Counted from the first letter of the stretch, positions 1 through 9,615 are shown. The stretch is 40,468 nucleotides of DNA from an uncultured Candidatus Saccharibacteria bacterium (GCA_964360815.1 CAYHYA010000006.1:1-40468); one strand, 5' to 3'. Translations and numbers: made by a program. Notes: generated by a model from the letters alone, not told the origin.

Positions 1-60
1 GCAACAGACTGTAAATCTGTCGCCCTTTGGGCTACGTAGGTTCGAATCCTACCCGACGCA
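1..60 (+). tRNA. tRNA-Tyr(GTA), 5'-truncated by window edge
   Basis: Anticodon arm ACAGA-CT-GTA-AA-TCTGT, long variable arm, T-arm GTAGG-TTCGAAT-CCTAC. Confidence 0.93.
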
Positions 61-130
61 TCAAAATCTGATCCTCGGAAAATTGATCGATTTTTAGGAA
101 TTGATAGGAAAATTTCATTGGATTTTTGAG

Positions 131-160
131 GCAGAATCTTGCAAAGGATTCTGTTTTTAT
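131..160 (+). terminator. Intrinsic terminator downstream of tRNA-Tyr
   Basis: GCAGAATCTT-GCAA-AGGATTCTGT hairpin followed by a T-run. Confidence 0.6.
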
Positions 161-287
161 TTCGGACCATGTGCTCTTGACTTGTAGCACTGATTATGCT
201 ACGTTTGTTAGCGTTATTAAGCATGGTGCTTGATACCCCTGCAACGAAGTGTCGTAGGGAACTTGTACATTGAGAAAGGAGAATCGT

Positions 288-791
288 ATGAAGCAGACAT
301 GGCAGGACTACGAGAAAGCCGTAGAGCGTGGCCCGATGGCGGTTGCCGTCAAGGTTATCATCGCGGTCTTTGTGCTAGGCATCGCCGTCTCGGTCAGCGG
401 ATACGGCCTCGGTTGGTTCAGTGAGGCGGCGAAGGTCACGCAGGAGGAATTCGGGCCTCGCGCGATGCTCGAGAAGTACGAGTGGTTCAAGGACGCCGCC
501 GCGCAGCTCGAGAAGAAGCAGGCGGACATCACGGTCTACGACGGACGCATGACGGCGATGAACGAAACCTACAAGGATTTCGCTCGCCAGGAGTGGCCGC
601 GCGAAGACCGCGAGCAGTACAACGTCTGGTCGTCTGAAGTTGCTGGTGTCAAAGCGAGTTACAACTCGCTCGCCGCCGAGTACAACGCGCAGATGGCGAA
701 GCTCAACTGGCGTTTCGCCAACGTTGGCGAGCCTCCGAAGGGCGCGGACAAGCCACTCCCTCGTGAATTTAAGCCATACATCACCCAGTAA
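288..791 (+). CDS. Hypothetical membrane-anchored coiled-coil protein (accessory, phage-like)
   Basis: SD AGAAAGGAG before ATG 288; N-terminal TM helix then helical region; upstream TTGACT-17-TACGTT promoter at 177. Confidence 0.75.
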   Translation: MKQTWQDYEKAVERGPMAVAVKVIIAVFVLGIAVSVSGYGLGWFSEAAKVTQEEFGPRAMLEKYEWFKDAAAQLEKKQADITVYDGRMTAMNETYKDFARQEWPREDREQYNVWSSEVAGVKASYNSLAAEYNAQMAKLNWRFANVGEPPKGADKPLPREFKPYITQ

Positions 792-820
792 CCCAGAAAC
801 GAAAGAAAGGAGAAACGCAG

Positions 821-1387
821 ATGAAAAGGACATTCGCTGTTTTCGCAGTGTTTGCCCCACTTGGTTTTTTCGCAGGATGTTCGCCTCCGCCGCAGTCCGC
901 TTCTGGTGTTGGCAAGGCCGAAGTGAAAGTTCCGACGGGGTCGGATGGTCTGACATCGGAACAGCGCAACATCCGCGACCGGCTGGTCGAAGACAACAAG
1001 CTGGGCGCAGTGAAGCATCTCTACGTCATTTCTGCCTACAGCGGTCAAGTCATCATCTACTCGACCGTTCGCGGCAAGGTGACGAGTGGTGGCAAGCGAC
1101 TGACTCCGATGGCCGTTGTGACCAACCCGGGTTCAACCATGGGTTTCACCGTCGAGTTTGGCGGACACAACCAAGTCACCGGAGAGGTTCTACAGGACGA
1201 TGGCGCCTACGGCTCGTCTACGGAGTATCTTTACTGGTGGGACACGAAGGGTGTGTATCATCAGCACTACGTCTCCGGCGGACAGATCGTTCATGTCTCC
1301 AATCAGCCCCTCGCGGTCAAGGGAATTATCATCAACATGGAGATTACCCAGCAGAAGCCCGAAGAGAAGCCCGAAGAAGAGAAGTAG
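821..1387 (+). CDS. Hypothetical lipoprotein
   Basis: SD AGAAAGGAG; signal peptide with lipobox FAGC; co-oriented with the upstream gene. Confidence 0.8.
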   Translation: MKRTFAVFAVFAPLGFFAGCSPPPQSASGVGKAEVKVPTGSDGLTSEQRNIRDRLVEDNKLGAVKHLYVISAYSGQVIIYSTVRGKVTSGGKRLTPMAVVTNPGSTMGFTVEFGGHNQVTGEVLQDDGAYGSSTEYLYWWDTKGVYHQHYVSGGQIVHVSNQPLAVKGIIINMEITQQKPEEKPEEEK

Positions 1388-1410
1388 CACGAGCCACGGC
1401 TCACCGAACA

Positions 1411-1464
1411 GCGCCTTGCGGCATTCGTGAACAACGAATCAACCCGCAAGGCGCTTTCTTTTTT
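1411..1464 (+). terminator. Intrinsic terminator of the accessory pair
   Basis: GCGCCTTGCGG...CCGCAAGGCGC 11-bp stem then TTTCTTTTTT. Confidence 0.75.
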
Positions 1465-1545
1465 GACTTTAACAGTCTCGCCGCCGGAATCGGCGAAATG
1501 CACTCAAACTAATTCAAGCATTCTGCCTTTCATCTTCGATATTCT

Positions 1546-2220
1546 TTATTTTAGCCACCGGATTGGCGGTTGGCCGTGGCGGACCAGATATTCGTTGGTT
1601 TGGCTGAAGTGACGACAACCGAAGAAGCCGCTCGCGGCGGAGAAGGGCGACGGATGCGCCGCCTCGAGCACCAGGTGCTTCTCGGCGTCAATTAAATTTT
1701 TCTTTTCTTTAGCATAACGGCCCCAGAGCAGGAAGACGAGATGTTCGCGCTTGGCGGAGAGGGTTTTTATCACCGTGTCGGTGAAGGTTTCCCACCCCTG
1801 ATGCTGATGTGATCCGGGCGTGTTTGCCCGAACGGTTAAGGTGGCGTTCAAGAGTAACACGCCCTGTTCGGACCAGGATTCAAGATTGCCCTGTTTTGGT
1901 ATCGGTTGACCGAGATCCTGCTCAATTTCCTGAAAAATATTTTTAAGTGACGGCGGCGGGGCAATCTTCTCCGGCACCGAAAAAGCCAAGCCGTGAGCTT
2001 GGCCGGGGCCGTGATAGGGATCCTGGCCGAGGATGACTACCGCCACACGGTCAAGGGGGCACAGCTCGAACGCTCGGAAAATAAATTTTGGCGGCGGGTA
2101 AACCTTCTCCGACAAATATTCTTGGCGGACGAATTCAGTTAATTGTTCAAAATAGGGCTGATCAAACTCGGCCCGCAAAACTTTTTTCCAACTCGGCTCA
2201 ATTTTAATTTGCCCGTTCAC
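1546..2220 (-). CDS. ung: Uracil-DNA glycosylase (family 1)
   Basis: GQDPYH, GVLLLN and HPSP motifs. Confidence 0.97.
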   Translation of the reverse strand: MNGQIKIEPSWKKVLRAEFDQPYFEQLTEFVRQEYLSEKVYPPPKFIFRAFELCPLDRVAVVILGQDPYHGPGQAHGLAFSVPEKIAPPPSLKNIFQEIEQDLGQPIPKQGNLESWSEQGVLLLNATLTVRANTPGSHQHQGWETFTDTVIKTLSAKREHLVFLLWGRYAKEKKNLIDAEKHLVLEAAHPSPFSAASGFFGCRHFSQTNEYLVRHGQPPIRWLK

Positions 2221-2882
2221 AAGTTTAAGTTTTTTAAAAACCTCGCCAGTTCTTCACCAACGATCGGTCGATAGGTCCCTGACGCTAATCGTCCCAGCTC
2301 AATGTCCATGATTCTCACGCGCTTGAGATCGGCCACGCCATTTTTGAGCGCGGCGCACATCCGGCGAATCTGGTGCCGCTTGCCCTCGGTTAATTTGACG
2401 GTAAACTCAAAATCACTCTTGATCGTCACCGCGCATGGTCTGGTGATCTCGCCCTCGATGTTTACCCCGGTGGCCATTTGTTTTTTAAAATTTGAGCGGA
2501 GTTTGTCGGTGGTTCGGACGAGATACTCTTTCTCGTGCGCGCGTTCAGGATTTAACAGTCGGTCAGTGACGCGTCCGTCATTAGTTAAAATAATTAGGCC
2601 GTGAGAATTTTTATCCAACCGCCCGAGCGGGAAAATGTCGCGCGCGAGACCGGCGGGCGTTGCGGTGACGACGCCGATTGGTTTGTGGTAAGCGAGATAA
2701 ACATATTTTTTAGTCTCGGGCGAACCAGACACCTCGACCCGATCCGCTTCTGTTACTTTGTCGCCCAAGACGGCTGGCCGGCCGTTAATTCGAACCCGTC
2801 CTTTTCTGATCAACTCGTCGGCGCCACGCCGCGTGGCTTGACCCCGACTCGACAGATATTTATTGACACGCATCGGCCACAT
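2217..2882 (-). CDS. rRNA pseudouridine synthase, RsuA/RluB/RluF family
   Basis: N-terminal S4 domain, GRLD catalytic motif, EGKRHQIRRM; start may be ATG 2873. Confidence 0.93.
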   Translation of the reverse strand: MWPMRVNKYLSSRGQATRRGADELIRKGRVRINGRPAVLGDKVTEADRVEVSGSPETKKYVYLAYHKPIGVVTATPAGLARDIFPLGRLDKNSHGLIILTNDGRVTDRLLNPERAHEKEYLVRTTDKLRSNFKKQMATGVNIEGEITRPCAVTIKSDFEFTVKLTEGKRHQIRRMCAALKNGVADLKRVRIMDIELGRLASGTYRPIVGEELARFLKNLNL

Positions 2883-2946
2883 CAGCCGGCAGTATACACC
2901 GCCAGGTGATTTGTCAAAAGATTAAGATTTTGCTATGGTTGACCGC

Positions 2947-3108
2947 ATGTCTCAAGATCAACTCATCAAATTGGCCTGCAAAGAGTGCAAGCGTATCAAT
3001 TATTGGAGCCGGAAAAACCGCAAGAAGTTGGCGGACAAAAAGATTTTACTCAAGAAATATTGCCGTTGGTGCAAGAAACGCACGCTCCATCAAGAAGGCA
3101 AAAAATAA
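2947..3108 (+). CDS. rpmG: 50S ribosomal protein L33 (Zn-ribbon form, 53 aa; absent from ORF track)
   Basis: Manual translation MSQDQLIKLACKECKRINYWSRKNRKKLADKKILLKKYCRWCKKRTLHQEGKK, two CxxC motifs, next to tRNA-Trp. Confidence 0.95.
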   Translation: MSQDQLIKLACKECKRINYWSRKNRKKLADKKILLKKYCRWCKKRTLHQEGKK

Positions 3109-3126
3109 AAACGAGACTACCAATTT

Positions 3127-3197
3127 CGGGAGCTGGGGGAATCGGACCCTCGACTACGGTTTTGGAGACCGTCGGTATACCACTTACCTAAGCTCCC
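3127..3197 (-). tRNA. tRNA-Trp(CCA)
   Basis: Acceptor GGGAGCT/AGCTCCC; anticodon arm ACGGT-CT-CCA-AA-ACCGT; T-loop reads TCCGATT. Confidence 0.9.
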
Positions 3198-3212
3198 CGA
3201 CACCACTCCATC

Positions 3213-4142
3213 CTACTTATTTTTCCGGACAAAGTCACGAACCAGTCGCGCGGCGGTCGGAAAATCTGGCTTGGTCCAATTGAGCCAGCGAATTTGCCGG
3301 TCGCGCTTGAACCAACTAATTTGCCGCCGCGCGTAGTGCCAAATAGCCGTCTGAAGAGTGGTAGTCAATTCTTCCTTGGTCAATTTATTTTGTAAGTAAA
3401 GTCCTAAATAACGATATTCCAAACCGAGATCGTCGAGCCGTTGCCACGACAAGCCGCGCGCGTGGAGCTTTCTCACTTCCGCGATCAATCCTTGTTTCAA
3501 GCGTTTCGCCAGCCGGGTGTTAATTTTCTCTTTCAGTTTTTCTTTTTCAACCGTTAAGCCAAGTTTCAACACCGATCCGGCGAGCGGTGATTGTGGCGCA
3601 AGGGTTGGCACTTGGCCGAGGGCGCGGGCAATTTCCAGCGCTCGAATTAACCGTCGCCGATTTTGTGAATCAATCTTTGCCGCTCGAGTCGGATCGAACT
3701 TCTTTAGCTGCTCAAACAATTTTTGAGTCGGCAATTTTTCCAGCTCGCGTCGTAATTTTAGATTTGGTTTGACGGCTGGTAAATTAATCGGATTGGTCAG
3801 GGCTTGCAAATAAAAGCCGGTACCGCCAGAGATAATCGGTAGGCGGCCGCGCGCGGTAATTTCGATCACGGCTTGGCGGGCTAGTCGTTCGTAATCGCTG
3901 ACGGTGAAAATTTGATTCGGACTAGTCACATCCAGCAGGTGGTGGGGGACGCCACCCATTTCCCGTTTGGTGATCTTGCCGGTGCCAAGGTTAAGGCCGC
4001 GGTAAACCTGACGCGAATCGGCCGAAATAATTTCCCCATTAAACTTTTTCGCGAGCCGGACGGCGAGCGCGCTTTTCCCCACGGCCGTCGGCCCGAGCAC
4101 CACCACCATTTTTGACGTTAGAAAATTAGTTTGATTAGACAT
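3213..4142 (-). CDS. miaA: tRNA dimethylallyltransferase
   Basis: GPTAVGKS P-loop, IISADSRQVY, GGTGFY, YARRQISWF; start placed at ATG 4142 behind a TAAAAT box. Confidence 0.96.
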   Translation of the reverse strand: MSNQTNFLTSKMVVVLGPTAVGKSALAVRLAKKFNGEIISADSRQVYRGLNLGTGKITKREMGGVPHHLLDVTSPNQIFTVSDYERLARQAVIEITARGRLPIISGGTGFYLQALTNPINLPAVKPNLKLRRELEKLPTQKLFEQLKKFDPTRAAKIDSQNRRRLIRALEIARALGQVPTLAPQSPLAGSVLKLGLTVEKEKLKEKINTRLAKRLKQGLIAEVRKLHARGLSWQRLDDLGLEYRYLGLYLQNKLTKEELTTTLQTAIWHYARRQISWFKRDRQIRWLNWTKPDFPTAARLVRDFVRKNK

Positions 4143-4217
4143 TTTAATTTTAGAAAAAAGTAGAGCCCCAAGCAGAAACATGTTCTGCGGGGGGCTCGGA
4201 AATTCGTGGAGATAATT

Positions 4218-4448
4218 CTAACGAAGTGCTTCCCCGAGAGCTTCGTCGGGAAGCAAATTCGCCACCTCGGGACTGTCAAACTCCCTGGCATCGAATGCCT
4301 CGATGGCTCGATTGACGACGAGTTGATTACCCTCGAAGCCACCTTCCTCGACTTCTTTACGGTATTTAACAAGAATTGCTCTCACCCTGATGAGTTGTGC
4401 TGGTGACGCCACTTCGAGTGCCTGCTTGACCAGAGCGGGTTTTGCCAC
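4218..4448 (-). CDS. Small hypothetical protein (accessory singleton)
   Basis: GTG start with SD AGAAAGGAG; promoter TTGACG-17-TACGAT (4536-4508); hairpin 4163-4198 downstream. Confidence 0.65.
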   Translation of the reverse strand: MAKPALVKQALEVASPAQLIRVRAILVKYRKEVEEGGFEGNQLVVNRAIEAFDAREFDSPEVANLLPDEALGEALR

Positions 4449-4628
4449 GAGTTCTCCTTTCTGTTTGGAACATACTGCACCGAGCCACTTCGACTCGACT
4501 TCATGCTATCGTAGCACGTACTGCTCCGCACGTCAATAGTAACAAAAAATCAGTATCTCCTCCCGTTGCTCTCGGCAGGAATTCCCGCCCGAACGCCGCA
4601 GGCGGGCAGGGAACCTACATCACGAGTA

Positions 4629-4700
4629 TGTCCCCAGGAGGAATCGAACCTCCATCGCAGGCTTCGGAGGCCCGCATTTTATCCATTAAACTATGGAGAC
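4629..4700 (-). tRNA. tRNA-Arg(CCG)
   Basis: Cloverleaf with anticodon loop CT-CCG-AA and T-arm GGAGG-TTCGATT-CCTCC. Confidence 0.95.
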
Positions 4701-4722
4701 GTTTCTTTTTCAATTTTTTAAA

Positions 4723-4807
4723 TGCCGCGGGAGAGAATCGAACTCTCATGAGGTTAACCCTCGCAGGATTTTGAGTCCTGTGCGTCTGCCAATTCCGCCA
4801 CCGCGGC
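4723..4807 (-). tRNA. tRNA-Leu(CAA)
   Basis: Cloverleaf with CAGGA-CT-CAA-AA-TCCTG, long variable arm, TTCGATT. Confidence 0.95.
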
Positions 4808-4880
4808 CTAATGTCTTGTCCCACGTTTAAGCATAGTGAAAAGTGACGGCCAAAGCAATCTTATGCTAAAATTGACGATC

Positions 4881-5798
4881 ATGCCCGACATCCTTAACTC
4901 AATTTTCTGGATCGAAGTCGAGAAAATTCGGCCTAATCCGTTCCAGCCACGCCGTGAGTTTAATGACGATCGCTTGCGCGATTTGGCCGATTCCATCCGA
5001 CAATACGGCGTCCTTCAGCCGCTCGTCGTGACCAAGAAAGAGATCGAACGCGAGGACGGTAGCATTTATTCCGAGTATGAACTGATCGCCGGCGAGCGGC
5101 GTTGGCGGGCGTCGAAAATTGCCGGCATCAGTCAGGTGCCCTGTGTTATTCGGACGAGCGAGGATACCGATAAGTTGAAATTGGAACTGGCGATTATTGA
5201 GAATCTCCAGCGTGAAGACTTAAATCCAGTTGATCGGGCGCGGGCGTTTGATCGTTTAATCAACGAATTTAATTTGAAGCACGTTGAGGTCGGCGAGAAG
5301 GTTGGCAAGAGTCGCGAGTACGTCTCCAACACTTTGCGCATGTTGTCTCTGGCGGAAGATATTCTGAACGCCGTCGTCACTGGTAAAATTACCGAAGGCC
5401 ACACTCGGCCCTTGCTCATGTTAAGCGATCGGCCGGAACAGCAACGAACCCTATTTGTGGAAATCATCAAGCGGGGATTAACGGTGCGCGAAGCCGAAGC
5501 CATTGCTCGGCAAGTTGCGGTTGAGCGCGCGCGGAAACGGTCGGTCATCAACGACCCGGAAACAGCCGAACTCGAGCGAACCTTGTCGGCGAAACTGGGA
5601 ACCCGGGTGGAAATTGTTCGGAGTGAACTGGGGGGCAAGATGACGATCAACTTTCTCTCTAACGCCGATCTGGAAAATATTTTAAATGTTTTGGCGATGC
5701 CGCTGGTGGAGTCGGAAGTAACCACGGACCAACCGGTTTTGGCCGATCCAACGACTGACGACCCCGATCTCTACAACATCAAGAACTTTTCTCTTTGA
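4881..5798 (+). CDS. parB: ParB/Spo0J partitioning protein
   Basis: PNPFQPR, GVLQP, LIAGERRWRA, IIENLQREDLN and HTH; start placed at ATG 4881. Confidence 0.95.
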   Translation: MPDILNSIFWIEVEKIRPNPFQPRREFNDDRLRDLADSIRQYGVLQPLVVTKKEIEREDGSIYSEYELIAGERRWRASKIAGISQVPCVIRTSEDTDKLKLELAIIENLQREDLNPVDRARAFDRLINEFNLKHVEVGEKVGKSREYVSNTLRMLSLAEDILNAVVTGKITEGHTRPLLMLSDRPEQQRTLFVEIIKRGLTVREAEAIARQVAVERARKRSVINDPETAELERTLSAKLGTRVEIVRSELGGKMTINFLSNADLENILNVLAMPLVESEVTTDQPVLADPTTDDPDLYNIKNFSL

Positions 5799-7998
5799 GC
5801 AGTTGATGCGGATTGTGATTCGGACAAGTTTTGTCGGAACAGCGCTCGGGAATGGTTTTCGTCCCCTCCATCATTAAATGCGGGCACGGTCCGATCGGGC
5901 GCTGGTAGCCGCAAATTTTTCCCGTTGGTTTGTTTTTAACAATGTATTTGCATTTCGGATAATTGGAACAACCGTAAAACAGCCCATAACGACCGCGCTT
6001 GGTCGTCATGGTGCCGGTTTGACAAATTGGACACTTCACGCCGGTGTTGCCACTATCGTTCGCTTCATCATTTTTAACGTATTTGCATTTTGGATAATTG
6101 GCGCAACCGATGAAGCGCCCAAAGCGGCCAACTCGTTCGATCAACTTGCCGGTGCCACAATCCGGACAAACTTCGCCAGTTTCTTTCGGCTCGGCCAGGG
6201 CCTCGCCGCTCGCTTGTCGCGCCCCGGCACAATCCGGCCACCGTTCGCAACTTAGGAACTTGCCAGCCCGACCGAGTTTCCAAATCATCGGACCCTGGCA
6301 TTTCGGGCAATGCTGGTCGGCTGGCCCGGCCCCGAGATTGGTGATCTTGTCAATATTTTTTTTAGCTCGAACGGCCTTCTCGAACGGACCATAGAAATTT
6401 TTTAACGACTCAGTGTAATCAAGTTTGCCGGCGGCGATGTCGTCGAGTTCGTCTTCCATCCGCGCGGTGAAGGTGTCGCTAATGTAATCATGAAAGTGAG
6501 TGTCAAGAAAATCGCTCACCACTTCGCCGGTTTCGGTTGGGGCGAGGGCGCGATTTAGTTTAACCACATAACCCCGATCAATAATCGTTTTAATAATCGC
6601 CGCATAAGTGCTTGGTCGGCCGATGCCGCGCTTTTCTAGCTCCTTAACTAGACCGGCTTCGGAGTAACGATTCGGTGGGGCGGTTTGCTTTTCTTCGGCG
6701 GCAATTTTTTCGAGCTGGAGTTTTTCGTCCATTCGAACCGACGGTAACTCCACTTCCTCGCCTCGGGCTGCTGGGTCGGCGGCCAACCAGCCGTCAAAAA
6801 TGACTCGCTGGCCGTGGGCGGCAAACAAAAATTCAGTCCCCGTTTCGTACTGGGCGGTGATTTTAGTATGCATCACTCGAGCATTCGTCATTTGCGAGGC
6901 CACGGTGCGCCGCCAAATTAACTCATAAAGTTTTTTCTCGGCTGGCGTTTGGCCGGCCACGGCTCGTAAAACGTCGGTCGGCCGGATCGCCTCGTGGGCC
7001 TCTTGAGCATTTTTGCTTTTAGTTTTATAAACTTTCGGACCAGCCACATAAGTCGCGCCATATTTCTTCCGCGCCAGATCAAGCACCGTCGTCACCGCCG
7101 CCGCGGCCAGATTGGTGCTATCGGTTCTCATGTAAGTAATCAGACCAGCTTCATAGAGACGTTGGGCGTGGCGCATGGTTAGAGCGGGCGAGAGGCCGAG
7201 ACGCGACGAGGCCGCCTGTTGCAGGGTGGAGGTGGTGAAGGGCGGCCGCGGTTGCCGACTGGTTTCTTCTTCCTCCACGGCGGACACGCGCCAAGAGTTT
7301 TTTTGACCGGCGGCAATAATTTTGTTCGCCAGCTCCTCAGTTTTCGGTTCGAGTTGACCGGTAAAAATAATTGTTTGACCAGCCGCGGTTTTCAGTTCGG
7401 CGGTGATAATCCAATAGGTTTCAGGCACGAAGGCTCGAACCAGTTTTTCCCGTTCAACCAAAATTCGGAGTGCCGGCGACTGGACTCGTCCGGCCGAGAG
7501 ACCGTAACGGAGTTTCTGCCAAATTAGACCGGAAAGATCGTAACCGAAAATTCGGTCAAGCACTCGCCGCGCCTCCTGCGCCCGGCGCAAATTATTATCA
7601 ATCTGGCGTGGCTCGGCGAGGGCGCGGTGGACGGCTTCTTTGGTGATCTCGTGGAAAACTACTCGCTTCAATTCTTTACTTTTGAGACCAAGCGCTTCGG
7701 CGATATGCCAAGCGATCGCTTCGCCCTCGCGATCAGGGTCGGTCGCTAAAATGATTTCACTTGATTGTTCGGCGGCCGCTCGCAAACCGGCGACAATTTT
7801 TTCTTTCCCTTTGACCAACTCGTAATGAGGGACAAAACCCCGTTCGATGTCGATCGCGTTTTTATTTGATTTGGGTAAGTCGCGAATGTGACCAACGCTC
7901 GCCAACACTTGATACTCGTGATCAAGATATTTTTCGATCGTTTTCGCTTTCGCTGGGGACTCGACGATCAACAACTTATTTTCACTTTTTTTAGTCAT
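5779..7998 (-). CDS. topA: DNA topoisomerase I
   Basis: IVESPAKAKTI, DPDREGEAI, SAGRVQS, LITYMRTDS, C-terminal Zn ribbons. Confidence 0.98.
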   Translation of the reverse strand: MTKKSENKLLIVESPAKAKTIEKYLDHEYQVLASVGHIRDLPKSNKNAIDIERGFVPHYELVKGKEKIVAGLRAAAEQSSEIILATDPDREGEAIAWHIAEALGLKSKELKRVVFHEITKEAVHRALAEPRQIDNNLRRAQEARRVLDRIFGYDLSGLIWQKLRYGLSAGRVQSPALRILVEREKLVRAFVPETYWIITAELKTAAGQTIIFTGQLEPKTEELANKIIAAGQKNSWRVSAVEEEETSRQPRPPFTTSTLQQAASSRLGLSPALTMRHAQRLYEAGLITYMRTDSTNLAAAAVTTVLDLARKKYGATYVAGPKVYKTKSKNAQEAHEAIRPTDVLRAVAGQTPAEKKLYELIWRRTVASQMTNARVMHTKITAQYETGTEFLFAAHGQRVIFDGWLAADPAARGEEVELPSVRMDEKLQLEKIAAEEKQTAPPNRYSEAGLVKELEKRGIGRPSTYAAIIKTIIDRGYVVKLNRALAPTETGEVVSDFLDTHFHDYISDTFTARMEDELDDIAAGKLDYTESLKNFYGPFEKAVRAKKNIDKITNLGAGPADQHCPKCQGPMIWKLGRAGKFLSCERWPDCAGARQASGEALAEPKETGEVCPDCGTGKLIERVGRFGRFIGCANYPKCKYVKNDEANDSGNTGVKCPICQTGTMTTKRGRYGLFYGCSNYPKCKYIVKNKPTGKICGYQRPIGPCPHLMMEGTKTIPERCSDKTCPNHNPHQLLKEKSS

Positions 7999-8037
7999 TG
8001 AGTCACATTAGTACTACGGTTGCTCTATTTTTGCAAA

Positions 8038-8904
8038 TTAAAAAGTCAAACTGATTTCGCCAAGCTGCTCTCTGATGACGCCGCGAATCTCGAGTGCCGA
8101 CAAGCAGGCGTTGGCTTCAGCGATCGGTAAGGCCAACTGTTTGAGCAAGTCATCTCGTGTTAGTGGTTCAACGGTTAAAATTTCGACGACGCGTTGTTCG
8201 GTTGATGACAACCCGAGCGCCTCCGTTTCGTCCGCTTTGGTGGTTAACTCAAAACCAAGAGCGAGGAGCAGATCAGCGCTCGAGGTGATTGGGGTGGCGC
8301 CGTCGCGGATTAGTTGGTTCGTGCCAGAAGCGGTCGGTGAAAAAATTGAACCCGGGACGGCATAAACATCGCGATTGTAATCGAGGGCTAAACGCGCCGT
8401 GATCATTGTGCCGGATTTCTCACCCGCCTCGATCACGAGTACGGCCTTGGCCAGTCCGGCCATGATCCGATTGCGTCGTGGAAAGGTGTGGATACCGGCG
8501 GGCGCGAGTGGTTCTAATTCTGACAATAGACCGCCACCGGCGGCCAAAATCTTATCAGCGAGCAGACGATTCGACGACGGGTGCAACACTGCCCGGTCGA
8601 GACCCGAGCCGGGAACGGCGAGGGTTAGGAGGCCGGCGTCGAGGGCTGCGCGGTGGGCGATGGTATCGAGACCAATCGCCAAACCGGAAACGATCACGAT
8701 CGGATAACCGGTTAAGCCGGAGATTAATTTTTCCACCACTTCTTGGCCGTAGCGGCTGTGGCGCCGCGAGCCGACGACCGTCAGGTAAACATGATTTTCC
8801 GGCGGCAAAACTCCTTCCAGATAAAGTCCGGCCGGCGGATCGTTAATCTCACGCAACAGTGGGGGGAATTCCTCCGGAGGCAGTTTGCAAATTTCTTTTT
8901 CCAT
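8038..8904 (-). CDS. dprA: DNA-processing protein DprA
   Basis: VVGSR, IVSGLAIGLD, FPRRNRIMAGL, SGTMITA; classic dprA-topA order. Confidence 0.96.
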   Translation of the reverse strand: MEKEICKLPPEEFPPLLREINDPPAGLYLEGVLPPENHVYLTVVGSRRHSRYGQEVVEKLISGLTGYPIVIVSGLAIGLDTIAHRAALDAGLLTLAVPGSGLDRAVLHPSSNRLLADKILAAGGGLLSELEPLAPAGIHTFPRRNRIMAGLAKAVLVIEAGEKSGTMITARLALDYNRDVYAVPGSIFSPTASGTNQLIRDGATPITSSADLLLALGFELTTKADETEALGLSSTEQRVVEILTVEPLTRDDLLKQLALPIAEANACLSALEIRGVIREQLGEISLTF

Positions 8905-8974
8905 TCGCGTATTTTAGCAGGTTTTCCAAATCCGGTCTGTCTCCTGATTTGAATTTTCTCTTGTCCTATTTTCT

Positions 8975-9001
8975 CACGATCGTACTAATTTGGTACAATT
9001 A
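8975..9001. repeat. Left 27-bp inverted repeat flanking the PaaX-like gene; contains its -10 box TACAAT
   Basis: CACGATCGTACTAATTTGGTACAATTA is the exact reverse complement of 9616-9642. Confidence 0.92.
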
Positions 9002-9013
9002 ATTTAAATTCTC

Positions 9014-9589
9014 ATGAGAGTCAAGCCAAAAAGAAATAAAAGAATCACCAGCCCGGTGAAGCAAAAGGTTTTACTGTTGCTTTGTGCCGGATTAGTTTTA
9101 AATTTTAATCGATCAGCTAGTCGTCAAAAGTGGCTACTGCGTCGGTTACCGGGCGAGTGGCGGAAGATCAATCGTCGCTATCTCTACCGAATAATTAGGG
9201 AGTTTTACGACGAACGTTTGGTGAACTATCGAGAGTCACCAGACGGTACCATTGATCTCGTCATCACTAAAGAAGGGAAACTTCACGTCTCGCGTTTTAA
9301 TCTTGAAACAATGAAGATTAAGCAACCAAACCGTTGGGATGGTCGGTGGCGCACCGTCTTTTTTGATATTCCGGAGAAAAAACGATCAGCTCGAGATGCT
9401 CTGCGTGATAAATTGCGCGATCTTGGTTTTGTTGAGTTTCAAAAATCAGTTTTTGTTCATCCTTACCCCTGTGAATCAGAGATTGATTTCATCATCGAGT
9501 TTTTCGATATACGAAGTTACGTTCGTTATGCGGAGCTAACGAAACTCACCAACGACGCACCGCTCAAACTTCGGTTTAATCTACACTAA
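9014..9589 (+). CDS. CPR-type PaaX-like protein (winged-helix plus Cas2/VapD-like ferredoxin-fold domain)
   Basis: WDGRWRTVFFDIPE..RDALRDKLRDLGF..FQKSVFVHPY motif typical of the PaaX central/Cas2-like domain; no cas1 or array nearby. Confidence 0.85.
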   Translation: MRVKPKRNKRITSPVKQKVLLLLCAGLVLNFNRSASRQKWLLRRLPGEWRKINRRYLYRIIREFYDERLVNYRESPDGTIDLVITKEGKLHVSRFNLETMKIKQPNRWDGRWRTVFFDIPEKKRSARDALRDKLRDLGFVEFQKSVFVHPYPCESEIDFIIEFFDIRSYVRYAELTKLTNDAPLKLRFNLH

Positions 9590-9615
9590 TTTACTCGTGA
9601 TACTAAATAATAAAA

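Noticed and set aside
61-130. Long AT-rich hairpin after tRNA-Tyr as an ncRNA
   Set aside because: Weak AT-rich pairing consistent with a tRNA trailer; no other support
640-1512. 290-aa plus-strand ORF and other long overlapping ORFs
   Set aside because: Alternative frames over genes with clear SD and signal features; Arg/Ser-rich shadow composition
1-4807. Prophage or integrative element at the tRNAs
   Set aside because: No integrase, no structural phage genes, and no duplicated tRNA 3' end found
9014-9589. CRISPR-Cas locus (Cas2-like motif)
   Set aside because: No cas1 or other cas genes and no repeat-spacer array in the window; the protein has the longer PaaX-like architecture
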